50,000 nucleotides of DNA from Chiloscyllium plagiosum (Eukaryota): the NCBI RefSeq assembly GCF_004010195.1, contig NW_025214744.1:1-50000 (forward strand), read 5' to 3'. Every line of letters begins with the position of its first letter. Within the stretch, counting starts at the first letter, position 1. A model generated the notes under the pieces. The model was not told where the DNA came from and searched no databases. It was given only the letters and a program-made list of their open reading frames with translations. This document shows, piece after piece, positions 48,511-50,000 of the stretch. Position numbers and translations under genes: made by a program.

Positions 48511-50000
48511 TTCATAGTCAATGTCAATGTGTGTGTCACTGCTAACCCAAAGTTATTTAGATAATGGTCAAATTTTGAAAGTGTGTGCCTAAAGTTTCAG
48601 ATTTCAGACAGTTCTCAATCTTTTCAACAAATGAATCACAATCTGCAGTTACACATATAACATCTCAGGGTCTTTGGATTTTGTTGCGTTCCTTGTTTTA
48701 GGAATTTTCAGGGATTGTTTGTTTCTTTTCTCTCCTAAAGATACAGAATCATTATAGAGTACAGTTTAGAGGATGAACAGTCATCAGTCACATCACCAAA
48801 TAGCCATCTCTCTTTTGAGTGTAAGCATGCTGTTCCGCTGTCGGAGATAAACCCAGTACCTTCATCCACTTCAGCAAACACTTTCAACAGGGGGTCTGAA
48901 TGGTTAAGGTTCCTTTTTCCTCTCAAGTGTATTTGTCTCTTATACTCAATCTAGATTGAACTGAAGGAATATTGTTCAGAGGATGTTGTCTGCGGTGAAC
49001 TGTTGCGAATGTAAACTTAAACCAGGGTTTCATTTTCCTCCTCTATAGGGTCAAAAAACTCCTGCATTAATACGAAAAGAATACTGAGAAGTTATTTCAC
49101 TGAATTGGTCAACACTTATACCAGAACCAATACCAACAAACACGTATTGACTGGTCATTCCTGCTATTTATTGTTGAGAATTCAATGGGTTAAATGATCT
49201 CCAGGAGAAGCAGGAAGCTGTCAAATGATTTCAAATCCCATCTCAGTAATGCAGTGGAGGACTTTAGAAAAACAAGATTGCACAAGTCATTAAGATGATG
49301 TAAAATGCAGGAAAGGTTCCAGGTCTGAGATGAAAACAGGATGTGGTGAAATCACACTGTATATTTTAAAGGGTGAAAAGTATAGTGTAATACCTCAGTC
49401 ACTGAATTCCTTTCTAGAGTTAAGTTTGGACATTGAGTGTGGTGGAATCAATGTATCAACCTAATTTTGCTCCACCCGAGACACCAATGGACCCATTCCA
49501 CATTCTCGCTGGCTTACCCAATACTCACAAAGTATAGCCCAAGCCTCCCTGTATCTCACAGTTTCTCTGCTCTTCCATTCCTTCTTCCCATTCTGATTTT
49601 TCTATTTTGACCAACCAAATTCCGTTCAAACTTTCAGAATTGTATTTAATCAGTATTCCTGGCCCTTTACAAATATCTTGCTGCATAATCAAAAAAAATC
49701 AAAAGCTGTTGGCTTTTTTATTGTCACCACTCTTGTAAGGTAGTTTGACTCGAGCAAAAAAATCTTTAAAGCAGAGAATTGAATTTCCAACGTGCAACAT
49801 CTGCAACACATTGGTTAAATGTGTGCATGTTATATGAAGACCAATAAAGATGTTTGTTGAAATATTGAACAGAGGAACCTCACACCCAAAGCTAGACATA
49901 AGCTGAGTGAAGCAAGTTATCATGTTTAATCATTGTTGCAGCAATGTGAATAACCTGTTGTAATAGTATCTCCTTTAGGGGCTGCATCACAGTCAACCTG

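Overview
Vertebrate genomic DNA, very probably from an elasmobranch (shark), inferred from HE1-type V-SINEs, Deu-domain SINEs, CR1/L2/Rex1 LINEs and Penelope-like repeats. The only host gene is RUNX1 on the + strand. Present are the CpG-rich proximal (P2) promoter at ~31.8-32.2 kb, a ~1.1 kb leader, and the three Runt-domain coding exons (33297-33557, 34284-34440, 35826-35930) with canonical GT-AG junctions. I did not find the distal P1 exon or the C-terminal exons, so bases 1-~31.8 kb are probably the P1-P2 intron and 35.9-50 kb a downstream intron. Other ORFs in the track are transposon debris or chance. Most notable observations: (1) minimal type-I hammerhead ribozyme motifs in several Penelope-derived repeats, two with an intact core in the RUNX1 sense orientation; (2) a dense RUNX/GATA/AP-1/TCF/ETS motif cluster at 38.6-38.8 kb and other candidate enhancers; (3) a ~12 kb CpG-retaining, transposon-poor domain around P2; (4) a four-layer transposon nest at 44.8-48.5 kb; (5) a near-perfect 204-bp tandem duplication and an AP-1-bearing 40-bp minisatellite upstream of P2. 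Repeat family names are recognised by eye without a database search, and repeat boundaries are approximate.
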